The notes under the pieces: generated by a model | What the model was told of the DNA's origin: nothing | Seen by the model: only the letters and a program-made list of their open reading frames with translations | The model's database searches: none | Position numbers and translations under genes: made by a program | Shown: positions 18,815 to 27,359 of the stretch, one piece after another | Numbering within the stretch: the first letter of the stretch is position 1 | Layout: every line of letters begins with the position of its first letter | Assembly: GCA_937893835.1 (NCBI GenBank) | Contig: CALCSS010000042.1 | Span: 1 to 50,036, forward strand | From: an uncultured Fidelibacterota bacterium | GTDB taxonomy: Bacteria > Fidelibacterota > Marinisomatia > Marinisomatales > UBA1611 | Length of the DNA stretch: 50,036 nucleotides | Direction of reading: 5' to 3'

Positions 18815-20572
18815 TCAATCTAGCACTATATTGTTTTTTACCCCAAAAATATTATCGGGGTCTTGTGATTTTTTTATTCCCCTAACCATATCTATACTGC
18901 CCTCCGAGATGGTGTCAGACATAAAATCCTTTCTCAATTTTCCCACGCCGTGGTGGTGTGATATTGAGCCCCCGTTCTTTATAAAGTTTTCTCTCATTTT
19001 GTGCTCAATCTTTGTGAATACATCCTCCGGATTTTCAATACCATCAAAACTCATGGCTATGGTGTTATACATACAAACACCAGTGTGATATATTTTTGAT
19101 ATCCGTGATGTAAAAAAAGGTTTTCCCGGCAGACCGTTTTCTTTGTGAAGTTGATTTACTAGTTTAAAGGCCTCTCCTTTAACCTGGTTTATCTTTGACC
19201 AAGGAACCGCTGTTTCCATTGTTTCTCCAAGAATGTTTTGGGTGAATATCAGCTCCCTTATATAGGCTATTACCATTGTTGCAAGATATCCACTTTCTCC
19301 GGTGCTTTCACCCGCAAGGATACCACCATGTTTTTTTGCAAGTATAGTGAGATTGTCTCGTTGGTTTTTTACCTCAGACAGAGACCCCTCTATTTTAAAA
19401 ACAGCTGCTGTAAACCTTTCGGGGTCAACACCTTTTATATTAAAAAGGATGTATTTTTTTAACCGATCCAATGCCCCAGAAAGGCCTTCTTTCTCTTCTT
19501 TTAAGGCGTTTCCAAGTCGAATCTGTAGATTGTCTGCCAGCCTAGCACTTGCCGGAACCATATTGGAATGAAAAAGGTCATACATAAACCGGACCCCCGT
19601 TTCCCAATCGTTGAATATTATAGACTCATAGGCAGAAGACTCTGGTAGTCGATGTATTTTTAGGGTGGCCTTTGTTATAATACCAAGGTTTCCTTCGGAC
19701 CCAAACAATATGTTTTGTGCCTTGATCCCAAAAGAGGACCTTGTGAGTGGTTTTATCTGATTTATTGTACCAACAGGTGTGATCATGGTCAGGTTCTGAA
19801 CGATGTCTTCAATATTTCCATATCGATGTTTTTTCATACCTGCAGCATTGGTGGATATCCACCCACCCACGGTCGAGAATTCATAACTATCAGGTTCGTG
19901 CCCAACGGTAAAGCCTTCTTTGTTTAGCGCCTCTTCTAATGCCTTTCCTGTTATACCAGCCTGAACGGTTGCCATAAGGTTTTCTTCATCTATGGATTCA
20001 ACAGCGTCCATTCTTCTAGTATCAACAGAAACGACCATTCGGCCTTCCTGTTTGGGTGGCCTAAGGGCGTTGGTGACGTTTGTTCCGCCGCCATAAGGAA
20101 TTAGGCAGACGTTGTGTTTTTTTGCAAGTAGGATCAATTTGGTCGTATCGTCCTCACTCTCAATATAGAAAACGAGGTCGGCAAAGGTTTCTAGTTTGTT
20201 ATACAGAACCTTATACACCTCATCGGTAGAGTGTTGTCCGTGGCTGTGTAGTACCCTCTCTTTTTCTTCGTTAGTAAATCGGTCCTTATCAAACACTTCT
20301 TTCAATTCTGCCATAAAGGGCTCATTGATTTTTGGTTTGACAATATGTTTTTTGTCTAATTCTTTAATTTTTGGTTCTAGTTTAAAATCCACCCCAAGTA
20401 TTCCTTCGACAAATGGAATGAAATTAGGAAGCCTCTTTCCGCAAATAGGATATCTGTTTCCTGAGAAAGATACAGACATGTCCTTGTTTATAATGAAACC
20501 TGAATCCCTGTAGCCCCACTTATGGCCCCAGTTAGAGTCGTTGATGCCAAAAAACTTTTCTTTCTTACCCAT
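18815..20572 (-). CDS. agps: Alkyl-dihydroxyacetonephosphate synthase (FAD-linked, ether-bond forming)
   Basis: KWGY, HSHGQ, IPYGGGTNV, GHEPDSYEFSTVGGW, GMKKHRYGNIEDIV, GSEGNLGIIT, IAYIRE, ETAVPW, ISHHHGVGKLRK. Start set at ATG 20572, an 8-nt overlap with the upstream gene. Confidence 0.9.
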   Translation of the reverse strand: MGKKEKFFGINDSNWGHKWGYRDSGFIINKDMSVSFSGNRYPICGKRLPNFIPFVEGILGVDFKLEPKIKELDKKHIVKPKINEPFMAELKEVFDKDRFTNEEKERVLHSHGQHSTDEVYKVLYNKLETFADLVFYIESEDDTTKLILLAKKHNVCLIPYGGGTNVTNALRPPKQEGRMVVSVDTRRMDAVESIDEENLMATVQAGITGKALEEALNKEGFTVGHEPDSYEFSTVGGWISTNAAGMKKHRYGNIEDIVQNLTMITPVGTINQIKPLTRSSFGIKAQNILFGSEGNLGIITKATLKIHRLPESSAYESIIFNDWETGVRFMYDLFHSNMVPASARLADNLQIRLGNALKEEKEGLSGALDRLKKYILFNIKGVDPERFTAAVFKIEGSLSEVKNQRDNLTILAKKHGGILAGESTGESGYLATMVIAYIRELIFTQNILGETMETAVPWSKINQVKGEAFKLVNQLHKENGLPGKPFFTSRISKIYHTGVCMYNTIAMSFDGIENPEDVFTKIEHKMRENFIKNGGSISHHHGVGKLRKDFMSDTISEGSIDMVRGIKKSQDPDNIFGVKNNIVLD

Positions 20573-21296
20573 ATAGGGTCTCAACCTTTTCTTTTATGCT
20601 TTGTTCAAGCGTTGTGGTCATGTTTTTTATAGCCTCTGCAGCCTCAGTGTCAGAACCGCTGGAGTCTTTCAAAAAGGACCGGGGATAAATTGGTTCAAGA
20701 ATGTAAACATTTATTCTGGTTGGTAGACCAAAAAAAACTCTACCTCGTGGCCAAATTTTATGGGAACCATGAATTACAGCTGGAAGAATAGGCTTGTTCA
20801 GGTTTAAGGAAAAGGTAGCTGCCCCTTTTTTAAAAGGGAGCATTTTACCAGGTTCCCCACGAGTTCCCTCTGGAAACAAAATAAGATTTCGCTGACCATA
20901 GTCCATAAACGCATTACAAAGAGCCTCCGAATCCTGTATTGATAATTTTTTATTTTCATTGGACTGTCGATCAACAGGTATAAGGTTCATAATTGTATTT
21001 ACAGCGCCTCTTTTGATCCAGTTTTCAAACCAATAATCTCGGGCCGCCAACATTCCAAAATGATTGAAACTCTTTTTTGATGCAACAGCAAGAAGAGCAA
21101 CGTCCATATGGCTATTATGGTTACTACAAAAAATAAACGATGAGTCTGGAATATTGTCTCTGCCAAACACCCTTAGGGGGGCGTAGGTTTTAAAAACAAA
21201 TTTTGAATAACAATAAAATAAAGTTTTGAATATCTTATAAAAAAGGGGCTGCTTCCCCAAAAGATATGAATATTTGGGGTTTTGGAGCACGTCCAT
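20565..21296 (-). CDS. Lysophospholipid/DHAP acyltransferase (PlsC family)
   Basis: NHNSHMD (HX4D), AARDYWF, PVDR, LFPEGTRG, PFKKG. Confidence 0.88.
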   Translation of the reverse strand: MDVLQNPKYSYLLGKQPLFYKIFKTLFYCYSKFVFKTYAPLRVFGRDNIPDSSFIFCSNHNSHMDVALLAVASKKSFNHFGMLAARDYWFENWIKRGAVNTIMNLIPVDRQSNENKKLSIQDSEALCNAFMDYGQRNLILFPEGTRGEPGKMLPFKKGAATFSLNLNKPILPAVIHGSHKIWPRGRVFFGLPTRINVYILEPIYPRSFLKDSSGSDTEAAEAIKNMTTTLEQSIKEKVETLYG

Positions 21297-21304
21297 GGTT
21301 TTTT

Positions 21305-22465
21305 TTATTTTCTACCATATTTCATATGAGCATCGGTAAAGGTGTGGGAACCAATGGCACAGACAAGGGAGATATCTAGGGCCAGTGTTGCGCCCGCAAT
21401 TATTTCTGCAAGCTTTCTAGATGAATGTTCACCCTCAGCACACTCCAAGAGTTCTAGGTTCTTTTTTTGCATTTTAAGCCTTGTTCCACCGCCGACCGTT
21501 CCAACCGTAAGAGAGGGGAGTGTAAGTTTGAACTTTAGCGCATCTTCTTTTTTTTCTATTGCAAAATGAGCAATGCTATTTTCTGATGCGCAAGCAGCAT
21601 CTTGACCTGTTGCTAAATAAATAGCGGTAAGAGCATTAGACTCGTGAATTCCGTTACCATGAATTCCAGCCATGCTTGAAATGGTTGGGTAGTACGGCCA
21701 CGCCTCAAAAAGAATGTCCGGGTCCACCTTCAAAACCTTCTTCATAACGCTGTTTTTTATTGTGGTTTCAGCTGCGACTCCATGACCCCGACCCAAGAGC
21801 ATATTTCTAACAGATGGTTTTTTATCGCTGTTTATGTTTGATTCAAGAAAATAATTATATCCAGTTTCTTTACGAATTAACTCACAAGCAACCTTTGCCG
21901 CCAATGTGACCATGTTTTGACCAGCGGCGTTTCCGGTATCCATGACAATATCCAAAACAACATAACCCTGAACAGCATATTGGTCTATTCTTAACACCTT
22001 GCCATAGTTGGTAGTGCTTTCAGCTGCGTCAACAATGGCCTCTTTGTTTTTATTTACCCAGGTTTGAAACTTTGCGCTTTCGTCTAAGTCGTCAAAAATA
22101 AAAACAGGCGCCCTAGAGAGTTCCTGTCTAAAGTGCCTTACCTTTGTTCCACCGCTTAGATAGGAGGCCAACATGCCCCTGTTCATCGACATTGCCAACG
22201 TTCCCTCTAATGTACAAACAGGAACACAATACTCACCCTTGGCGTAAAGACCATCAAGAAGCACTGGGCCAACGACGGCCATTGGAACCTTCATGAACCC
22301 AACATGGTTCTCAATTATGCCTCGTAGTTCTTCTGGGCTATCTTCTGAGGTGTCGCCTAGGTCAATATCGGCATAGCTTTTGACCCACTCAACTCGAGCA
22401 GCCGAGTCTTCAGGTTTAAACCCCCTAGGAATAGAAGAGCTTTTCCCGTTTTTTTCTTCAGTCAT
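21305..22465 (-). CDS. Hydroxymethylglutaryl-CoA reductase homolog (class I type, soluble)
   Basis: IENHVG, TLEGTL (catalytic E), TGNAAGQNM, SDKK, ATGQD, GTVGGGT and C-terminal AHMKYGR (catalytic H). Confidence 0.9.
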   Translation of the reverse strand: MTEEKNGKSSSIPRGFKPEDSAARVEWVKSYADIDLGDTSEDSPEELRGIIENHVGFMKVPMAVVGPVLLDGLYAKGEYCVPVCTLEGTLAMSMNRGMLASYLSGGTKVRHFRQELSRAPVFIFDDLDESAKFQTWVNKNKEAIVDAAESTTNYGKVLRIDQYAVQGYVVLDIVMDTGNAAGQNMVTLAAKVACELIRKETGYNYFLESNINSDKKPSVRNMLLGRGHGVAAETTIKNSVMKKVLKVDPDILFEAWPYYPTISSMAGIHGNGIHESNALTAIYLATGQDAACASENSIAHFAIEKKEDALKFKLTLPSLTVGTVGGGTRLKMQKKNLELLECAEGEHSSRKLAEIIAGATLALDISLVCAIGSHTFTDAHMKYGRK

Positions 22466-22665
22466 TAATGATCTTTTATTGTGTGTTTTTGGTTATTCGG
22501 TATCGGGGATGGACCCGAGCCATATATTTAATGTCGGTATATCATTGAAATACACGGGAAGGTACAAAGCGTTTTAAATAAAAACACTTAAAAAAAAACA
22601 AATAAAAACCTAATGTTTAAACTCGCATTTAAACACTATATTATCTAATTAGTAATATAAAAAAC

Positions 22666-23190
22666 ATGATACTAAATAAAACAATTGCCCTTGTTCTTTT
22701 TATTGGTCTTGCATATCCGCAGTTTAAACCAAGCTTTGTCAAAAACCCTGAAAAAGAATCAATTTATGAAGCTGATGATGAAAACGATCAGGAAGAAACT
22801 GATGGTAGGTTCAACCATAGGCAAATGTTTTCTGCGATGTTCTCGATACATAAAGGGGCCCCTGTTACCATGTATTCATATACAAACATCTTCAGTTATG
22901 ATGTTCGAGAAGACCTCGTTGCTGACGTTAAAGTACATGGGCGATTTTTAAATAGTGCATACCACGATACCTGGGGAGGGGGCATTTATGGCCAACCTCA
23001 CCTGGCGATGGATGCGGGAATAAAATATTCACCAATGAACAATGGATTATTTGATATTCAGGCAAGAACCTTTCATGATGAGTGGTGGAGCGGACAATCT
23101 ATCTATCTCTCCTTTTTAGGCATACCGATCAAGAGATTATATAAATCAAAATCTTTTGACCATTATTTTGGACCAAACCTTTGGGACTAG
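22666..23190 (+). CDS. Hypothetical exported protein
   Basis: 174 aa with an N-terminal signal-like segment, an acidic linker and aromatic/beta-rich remainder; no motif recognised. Confidence 0.65.
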   Translation: MILNKTIALVLFIGLAYPQFKPSFVKNPEKESIYEADDENDQEETDGRFNHRQMFSAMFSIHKGAPVTMYSYTNIFSYDVREDLVADVKVHGRFLNSAYHDTWGGGIYGQPHLAMDAGIKYSPMNNGLFDIQARTFHDEWWSGQSIYLSFLGIPIKRLYKSKSFDHYFGPNLWD

Positions 23191-23230
23191 TCCAGAAAAA
23201 ACACCCCCGACCAACCAAGGCAAGACCAAA

Positions 23231-24286
23231 ATGAAACGAAGAGAAATGCCACAATCGTTGCTTGTGCTGTTTGTTTTTTCAGCAGCGCTGGCCACAGAAA
23301 GCAAAGTTTCCCTAATAGAAAAAAAAGAAACAAGATTTCTGAACATTCGACAGCTAACCTTTGCCGGTGAGAACGCTGAAGCGTATTTCTCTTTAGATGG
23401 AAAAAACTTGATATTTCAAGCACACGAGGGTGATTCTCTATGTGACCAGATATATACAATGGAGCTTTCAACAGGAGAGACCAAGAGGGTTTCAACTGGT
23501 AACGGTGTAACCACATGTGGTTATTTTGAATATCCCGACTGTAAAAACATCCTCTATGCCTCCACACACCTTGGTGGAACGGATTGCCCTCCAAAACCAG
23601 ACCATGCTCAGGGTTATGTCTGGAAACTATACCCAGACTATGATATCTTTCACTCAACCAAAGAGGGTGAGAAGATAAAGAGATTGACAGATTCTCCCGG
23701 CTATGATGCCGAGGCCACAGTTGCATTCGATGGAAGCAGGGTGCTTTATACCTCGATGGTGAGCGGCGACCTAGATATATGGTCAATGAATATTGATGGT
23801 TCAAATAAGACCCAACTAACCGACCGCATGGGTTATGACGGAGGAGCTTTTTTCAATTCACAGGCAACAAGGATCGTCTGGCGAGTTTACCATCCAAAAA
23901 CACAGAAAGAGGTTGCGGAATATAAGAGTCTATTGTCAGAAAACACAATTCGCCCAATGGCTCTTCAATTATGGACAATGAACACAGATGGAACAAACAA
24001 ACAACAGGTTACAAATAACGATGCTGCAAATTTTGGTCCTTATTTTTTTCCTGATGGAAATAAAATTATTTTTTCATCAAATTTACATGACCCAAGCGGT
24101 AGAGATTTTGATCTTTACGCCATTGGAGTTGAGGGTACAAACCTAGAGAGAATCACCTTTTTCAATGGATTTGATGGCTTTCCGATGTTTAGTCCAAACG
24201 GAAAGTTTTTAGTTTTTGCCTCTAATCGAAATCAGGCAAAAAGAGGAGACACAAACTTGTTTATTACAGAATGGAACTATAGATGA
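23231..24286 (+). CDS. TolB-like PD40/WD40 beta-propeller protein
   Basis: Repeats GENAEAYFSLDG, GYDAEAT, GYDGGAFF, NFGPYFFPDG, FDGFPMFSPNG. Start trimmed to ATG 23231. Confidence 0.85.
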   Translation: MKRREMPQSLLVLFVFSAALATESKVSLIEKKETRFLNIRQLTFAGENAEAYFSLDGKNLIFQAHEGDSLCDQIYTMELSTGETKRVSTGNGVTTCGYFEYPDCKNILYASTHLGGTDCPPKPDHAQGYVWKLYPDYDIFHSTKEGEKIKRLTDSPGYDAEATVAFDGSRVLYTSMVSGDLDIWSMNIDGSNKTQLTDRMGYDGGAFFNSQATRIVWRVYHPKTQKEVAEYKSLLSENTIRPMALQLWTMNTDGTNKQQVTNNDAANFGPYFFPDGNKIIFSSNLHDPSGRDFDLYAIGVEGTNLERITFFNGFDGFPMFSPNGKFLVFASNRNQAKRGDTNLFITEWNYR

Positions 24287-25083
24287 AAGACCTTATTAAG
24301 ATTTTATTTTTAACTATTTTTGTTTTTGCTCAAAAGGTTGATGATGACCTAGCCTATCGACTTGTGATAGAAAAGCTTGATGGCGCAATACCTGAGGCGT
24401 TTGTCAGAGAGGCCTTTTCTAGTGGAGAGGTCAAGATACACAAGGAAATTGCCGATAGATTTGCAAAGCCCTATGAAAAAAAACCCTGGTCAGACTACAG
24501 AAAGATATTTGTAAAGGAGTCACGCGTATCTGCCGGCTCAAGGTTCTACAAGGACAACCTAAATTTAATTACCTCAGTAGCTGAAAAATATGGAGTTGAT
24601 CCGTTCATAGTTGTGACCATTGCAGGGGTTGAGAGTAATTACGGTGTTCACCATTCGCAGTTTTCTGTTTTTAATTCATTGTATTCTCAGATTCACGATA
24701 TTCCACGAAGGTCAAAGTGGGCAACCAAGGAATTGGCAGAGTTTTTAAAGTATTGTTACAACGATCAACTAGACCCACAAGAAACAGGGGGATCTTATGC
24801 TGGAGCTTTTGGATATGGACAGTTTATTCCATCCAGCTTTACCAGATACTCGGTTGATTTCAACAAAAATGGTGTCCGCGAGCCATACAGTTGGCCAGAC
24901 GTTTTAGGAAGTATCGCGAACTATCTTCGGTTAAATGGATATTTATCAAATAGCAAGGACTACGGCAAGGGTGGCGATATATATAAATCTATCTACGCCT
25001 ACAATCACGCAGATAATTATGTAATGGCGGTTTTAGAGCTTACAGAAAAGATACGTGAGCGCGTTGGTGACAATAAACAATAA
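24283..25083 (+). CDS. mltB: Lytic murein transglycosylase B family
   Basis: IAGVESNYG (catalytic E), GSYAGAFGYGQFIPSSF, EF-hand-like DFNKNG, SIANYL, YNHADNY. Confidence 0.88.
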   Translation: MKDLIKILFLTIFVFAQKVDDDLAYRLVIEKLDGAIPEAFVREAFSSGEVKIHKEIADRFAKPYEKKPWSDYRKIFVKESRVSAGSRFYKDNLNLITSVAEKYGVDPFIVVTIAGVESNYGVHHSQFSVFNSLYSQIHDIPRRSKWATKELAEFLKYCYNDQLDPQETGGSYAGAFGYGQFIPSSFTRYSVDFNKNGVREPYSWPDVLGSIANYLRLNGYLSNSKDYGKGGDIYKSIYAYNHADNYVMAVLELTEKIRERVGDNKQ

Positions 25084-25086
25084 CCA

Positions 25087-26883
25087 CTAGAAAGAGACAT
25101 CAAGGGTCATTTCTTCCCCGTCTCTTTCTATGGAGACAGATACGGTCATACCCCTTTTTAGGTCACCTAGCCTATCCATGTATTCATAGATGTCCTTTAT
25201 TGGTTTTCCATCAATCGATTTGATAATATCGCCTTTTTTTATACCAGCTCTTGAAGCAGGGCCATCCATTTTTGAAATTGCATCAACCTCAACACCCACC
25301 TCAATGCTTCCGTAAGACGGCATAATACCGAAAGTGACCTTGAACCTTCTGCCTGTTGCGGTTCCTGCTTGTTTTGGTCCAGCCTCAGAAAAAACGGGCG
25401 CGCGCGTTACCCGCGTTAAATGATATGCCACATCATACACTAGATTGACAATGTCTGTTGTTCCTTGAAGGTTTATATGTTTCCAAGTGTCATCCGGGGT
25501 GTGATATTCATTGTGAAACCCTGAAAAGAAAAACAAAACAGGAACATCGTCAGAATAAAAAGCTGCATGATCACTAGGGCCAAGGCCTGGTTTTGACATT
25601 GAAAGGTTAAAACCGCGACCAGACCTTAAACTATCTAGAAGTGGCTCAAAAACAGAAGAGGTTCCAACACCACCCACAGTTACGGTTGAATCCTTCATTC
25701 TTCCGATCATGTCCATATTGATCATTGTAATGATCTTATCGATTTCCACCGTCGGGTTTTTGACAAAGTTCTTTGCGCCAAGGAGCCCCTTTTCTTCAGC
25801 GTCAAAACCAATCAATAACACACTGCGTTTTAATTTACTCTTCTGGGTTGCTAGTTTTTGTGCGATCTCCAAAAGACCCGCGGTGCCAGATGCGTTATCA
25901 TCTGCACCCGGATGAATGGCATCCTGGTCTGGTTTTCTAGAGCCCGATCCCGGACCCCCCTTTCCAACGTGGTCGAAGTGTGCCCCAACAACAACATATT
26001 CGTCTCTATATTCCCTGTTTCCACTTCTAATTTCACCGATTACATTTGCTGCACGTGTTTTTATATGTTTTAGCCCGATGTTTGTTTTTAGTGTTTTACC
26101 CCTAATATCAAAATTTATTGATTCAAGAGACCTGTTCATTGTTTCTTGTAGGCTTTGTCGTGACCATCCAAAACCACCAAGTAGCTTGTCGGCAACCTTA
26201 TTAGATAGGTGTATTGCCGGTATTCCAACGTTATTATATCCCGCCACATAGTTTAGTGGATAAAGACTCGAGTCCTCTATTTGTGATATGAAGACTATTC
26301 CTATTGCGCCCTTGTCCCTTGCCACTAGCATTTTTTTATGTAGAGGGGAGTACGATGAGTACGGTGAGTGATTGTTTCCCCTTTCGGGACTGTGTCGCAT
26401 CACCACAGCCCATTTTCCATTAACATCCAACCCATCATAGTCATTCCACCTAAGGCTCTCTTCATCAATATTAAATCCATAACCAGCAAAGACAAGACCC
26501 CCCACTGTTTCTCCGTTTGATGAAAAAGAAAGGGGAATATATTCTTGCTCTATTTCAAGAGAGTCTTCATCGATGAGTGCATAGTTATCACCACCCAACC
26601 CTATTCCAGTGGTTATGTCAAATGGTTGTATGAAAGAGTTGTTTGCTCCAGGGCGCACTCCATAGGATTTCAACTGCTTGATTAGGTACGCAATGACGTC
26701 CCTCGACCCCCTTGTTCCAGGGTGTCTACCGGACCTGTTCTCATGGGATAAATATCGAATATGACCCATGATCTCATTGTTGGTTATTTCTGAAGAAGGG
26801 CCCGTCTTTTTGGTTTGAACAAGCAATCCGCCAAGCGCGATAATAAATGCAAAAAGGTATAACGCTCGATTGTTGTCATTCAT
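25087..26883 (-). CDS. M28 family peptidase with PA and PDZ domains
   Basis: GAHFDH, GADDNASG, AEEKGLLG, NMDMIG, SDH, YHTPDD and a C-terminal PDZ domain (FGIMP...GPASRAGIKKGD). Confidence 0.92.
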   Translation of the reverse strand: MNDNNRALYLFAFIIALGGLLVQTKKTGPSSEITNNEIMGHIRYLSHENRSGRHPGTRGSRDVIAYLIKQLKSYGVRPGANNSFIQPFDITTGIGLGGDNYALIDEDSLEIEQEYIPLSFSSNGETVGGLVFAGYGFNIDEESLRWNDYDGLDVNGKWAVVMRHSPERGNNHSPYSSYSPLHKKMLVARDKGAIGIVFISQIEDSSLYPLNYVAGYNNVGIPAIHLSNKVADKLLGGFGWSRQSLQETMNRSLESINFDIRGKTLKTNIGLKHIKTRAANVIGEIRSGNREYRDEYVVVGAHFDHVGKGGPGSGSRKPDQDAIHPGADDNASGTAGLLEIAQKLATQKSKLKRSVLLIGFDAEEKGLLGAKNFVKNPTVEIDKIITMINMDMIGRMKDSTVTVGGVGTSSVFEPLLDSLRSGRGFNLSMSKPGLGPSDHAAFYSDDVPVLFFFSGFHNEYHTPDDTWKHINLQGTTDIVNLVYDVAYHLTRVTRAPVFSEAGPKQAGTATGRRFKVTFGIMPSYGSIEVGVEVDAISKMDGPASRAGIKKGDIIKSIDGKPIKDIYEYMDRLGDLKRGMTVSVSIERDGEEMTLDVSF

Positions 26884-26945
26884 ATTGAATGAAAATTTAT
26901 ATGGAATAAATCGTATGGCAAAGATAAAGGAATTAATATTATATC

Positions 26946-27317
26946 GTGCATAAGCAAATTCTTATTACCGTTGACTCGCACTATGTGCCCGATCGCTCCA
27001 GTCCGACCCAGTCTTATTTTCTTTTTTCATATTCTATTCGCATACACAATGATTCCAAGAGTCCGATAATATTAATAGGTCGGTATTGGCACATTACAGA
27101 TGGGTCTGGTATCAGTGAGGATGTATATGGCCCAGGCGTGGTCGGGAAAAAACCAACCATAGAACCAAACAGTTTTTTTGAATACACAAGCTTTTGTCCT
27201 CTTAGAACCCCCGTGGGCTTTATGGAGGGTTCTTACAGGGTTCTAAATAAAGAAGGCAAAGAGTTTAGTGTTAAAATAAAAAAATTTCGCCTACTGGCCA
27301 GTCAGGTTTTAAATTGA
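26946..27317 (+). CDS. apaG: ApaG protein
   Basis: FSYSIRIHN, RYWHITDG, GPGVVGKKP, FEYTSFCPL.TPVGFMEGSY. Confidence 0.92.
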   Translation: MHKQILITVDSHYVPDRSSPTQSYFLFSYSIRIHNDSKSPIILIGRYWHITDGSGISEDVYGPGVVGKKPTIEPNSFFEYTSFCPLRTPVGFMEGSYRVLNKEGKEFSVKIKKFRLLASQVLN

Positions 27318-27359
27318 ATTGATTCAGTGAATTGATTTTATATAGTCCTAATTTTTATT

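Noticed and set aside
23187-23804. 205-aa minus-strand ORF and the other short antisense ORFs in the track
   Set aside because: They lie opposite or within well-supported genes and show no recognisable motifs.
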